A stretch of DNA of 60,910 nucleotides, the filler included. It is 14 parts of 14 records of this genome, joined end to end, with 100 filler letters (N's around TTAATTAATTAA, not from the genome) between each part and the next. Parts side by side here need not be neighbours in the genome. Positions count along the whole stretch, not along the records: positions 54,907 to 60,910 come from SRR7504441_104041; 13 more parts are not named here. One strand, written 5' to 3'. Position numbers and translations under genes: made by a program. The notes beneath the pieces were generated by a model. The model did no database searches, was not told the origin of the DNA, and saw only the letters and a list, made by a program, of their open reading frames with translations. The stretch's first letter is position 1, and each line of letters opens with the position of its first letter. This document shows, in pieces, positions 58,303-60,910 of this stretch.

Positions 58303-60382
58303 ATGTCGGTTGGAGAGCCGACCAGGCAGCTCAACATGGTAGTGGCAAGTCTGGTATCTCTATGGGAGGCGGTGGCCACCAACACCGTCGTCATGCCGGT
58401 GCGCCCGGGGCCCCGCCCCACAGCAGGCCCGGCCGGCAGGTGGCCGCGATCGACGCCGCGCTCGAAACGCTCCCTCTCCCTGTCCCGATCGACATCACCA
58501 AGGCGCGCCCCGGGGCTGCCCGCGCCAGCCGGGGGCGCAGTTCATGCTTACCCTGCTCCTGGCGCTGCCGCTCGGGTGGCTGAGTCGGTCTGTACCGGCG
58601 GGAACCGCTCGCCACGTCTACAATCTTGTTGTGGGGCTGGTGTTCGCCCAGGGGTGCTACGGGCCTGGATGGCTTCACCTGTTCTTCTCCTCGAGCGTGG
58701 CGTTCCTGATCCTGCGCCTGGTCGGGCGTCAGAGGTCGCACCTGCTGGTGTTCGGCTGGATGATGGGATACATGGGCGGAGTGCACATCTACAGGATGTA
58801 CACCGACTATCTCGGCTGGGGGATGGATTTCTCCGGGCCCCAGATGATGGCCGTCATCAAGGCGCCCGCCATCGCCCGCCGCCGGCCGACCGCCCGGGCC
58901 AGATCACCTCGCTCGCGTTCAACTACCACGACGGCAAGGCATTTGGGAGTGAGAACACCAGAAAGGCAGAGCACACCCGCATCGGGGTCTCGGGCGCCGG
59001 ATCGGCCGGGCTGACACAGCGGCAGGCAAAGGTGGTCGAACTGGACAAGGCGATCAAGGCGATGGACCAGTCGGACAAGGCGGCGGTAAAGGCCAAGAAA
59101 GCGGCTCTTGACGAACTCCGGGCGAGTAGCGTGCACTGCGCAGTTGGTGAGAGCGAGGGGTCAGGGCCAGAAGCTCCGCGGTGGGCTGGCTGTGGTCCGT
59201 CTGCCCTCGTTCCTGCAGTATCAAGGGTGCGCGCCGGGGATGGGCCGGTGCTAGGGCGCTGCAGGTTTGTGCATTGTTTCTCCACATACCAGGCCGGACC
59301 CGCGACGGAATTCCAGCAATACATGTCTGTCAATGAAGGGTGTCGCTCCTGGCTCGGCCGAGATAATGGGGGTGTGCAGTGAGATAACTGACTACAACGG
59401 GAGCTTGCTGGCGGCTGCAAAGCAGTTCGTGATCGGAATCTTTTTTCTCGGTTTCCACTTTTTGTGCGACATGCATTTCCAGTTGGGAGACAACAAGAAG
59501 AGCACAGCCAGCGAGTCCGGCATGATGAGCAATCAGTTCTTGCAGCTCAGGTTCTGCCGGGCCCGGGCTCCCTGCTGAGCGGCGGGTGCAGCCTGCTGGA
59601 GAGGATTGGATACATGTGGATTTGGAGCCTCGGGGCACAGGCCAAGTTTTTCATGGCATGGAAGCTGGGCGAAGCCGCCGCCACAATCTACGGATATGGT
59701 GCCCGGCTTAGTCTTGAAGCGCCACAGCTTGCGCAGGGAGCAACGGTGGCAAGTGGAACGGCAATGCCAACGCCGATCTGAAGCAATGGTACACTGGCCA
59801 GAACGTCTCAGCTATTTCAAAGGCCTGGAACCAAAAGACACAGGTGAGACGTTCTGGCCAGTGTACTAAGGGCGCATGGTGACCAGCGGTGGGCACAGAC
59901 TTGGCTTCAGACCTACATTTACTTCCGCGTGTCCAAGAATAGAAACACCAGACTTGTTGCTACATACGCCACCTCTGCATACTGGCACGGGTGGGCTCGT
60001 AGCGTAGGCTGGTGTGAGGCCGGTGCAGCTTCTACCCTGGGTACTACATCACCTTCTTCGCGCTGGCCTTCCTGGGCATGATTCAGGACAATCTGGTCCG
60101 ACATGTCCGGCCGTACTTCCTGCCCATCGGCTCGTCAAGCAAGAAGGTGACTGCAGAGTCGGGTGGTTGCTGATTGTGTTGCAGCTTTATGATGCACTCA
60201 GCTGGGCAGGCATGATGTGGATCATGTGCTGGGCGCCTTGCGGCCTGATGCTCTCTACCCTGGCCAATTGCTGGGCGTTAGAGCAGCGACTGTACCATCT
60301 GCCCGCAATCAGCTTGCTGGTTGGGTTGTTTGTGGTGCCGATGGTACCAGTCAAGCGGTCCGATAAGCCCAAGGCGTCTTGA
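58303..60382 (+). CDS. MBOAT lysophospholipid acyltransferase (LPCAT3/Ale1-like), multi-intron
   Basis: DFSGPQMMAVIKITSLAFNYHDG, AGP, WNQKTQTWLQTYIYFR, SAYWHGFYPGYY; start may be 58336. Confidence 0.9.
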
Positions 60383-60649
60383 TTTTGCAGCGCTAGAGCG
60401 AGTTGTTTACTTATGGTCACTCTACAGTAGATCTCTCAGTGCCCTCTAGCAGGGCTAGCGCTACGAGTGACATGCCGTACATGTAGCTCACACACAAATA
60501 AATTCGTACATGTATTGGCATCGCAACTGTGACCAATTGTGCATGTGTCTAAAGTTCGTCTTCATTGTCATGAAGCTTATAGAATCATAATAGAATCAGC
60601 TATCGAGGAGAATCAGGAGATAGATGACCTGCAAATTCTGATGACATTG

Positions 60650-60806
60650 TTACATGTCCGTACTCGTACGAGTCCGTACGCATACGCATGACGTACTCGT
60701 GAGTACAAAACAATAACAACACAAGAACCTTTATCAAACAACCAAAAAGTACCACACATACATGTACTCGACTACTCGTACGAGTACGCATGACGTACTC
60801 GAGCTC
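60650..60806. repeat. Two related intergenic blocks rich in palindromes
   Basis: TACATGT..TACTCGTACGAGT..TACGCATGACGTACTCG occurs at about 60651-60706 and 60759-60806. Confidence 0.7.
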
Positions 60807-60910
60807 AGGTTCGTCCTCTCCCAAATTAGCAATCCGGCTGTGGTGCTAGTGGCGGGGGCGGCCGTGATAGCGGGCCGGCCCCGGGGTGTAGGGCGTTCCT
60901 GGTGTGATCG

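Overview
This window is not one continuous locus and is not prokaryotic. It is 14 short contigs (about 3-6 kb each) joined by 13 artificial 100-bp spacers (N44-TTAATTAATTAA-N44), so adjacency across spacers means nothing. The DNA looks like the nuclear genome of a gene-dense, GC-rich eukaryote, probably a heterotrophic protist; I cannot name the taxon. The ORF track is fragmented because many genes carry very short spliceosomal introns (mostly 36-45 nt), which I spliced by hand. Recognisable genes: atypical Ras-like GTPase, NEK kinase, secreted esterase-ricin fusion, C2-domain protein, Hsp70, proteasome alpha7, cysteine desulfurase-TtcA fusion, membrane U-box ligase, GH95-like and beta-propeller glycosidases, LRR, EF-hand proteins, MMPL transporter, RCC1-IPT protein, arylsulfatase, Brawnin-like protein, agmatinase, LisH/CTLH-WD40, Arp2, rhomboid and MBOAT. 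Best leads: (1) the mini-intron system, with frequent GC-AG introns, donors that match U1 poorly, no polypyrimidine tract and a branch-like A 12-14 nt from the acceptor; (2) a CDCA7-like helix fused to a DUF3427-like domain, a candidate modified-DNA reader; (3) a SufS-TtcA sulfur-relay fusion; (4) a perfect 22-bp exon-intron inverted repeat covering a splice donor; (5) unusual domain fusions (NZF-FABP, rhomboid with internal CUE, cytosolic-type Hsp70 with a presequence); (6) divergent gene pairs only 34-124 bp apart. All domain calls come from motif recognition by eye; no searches were run.
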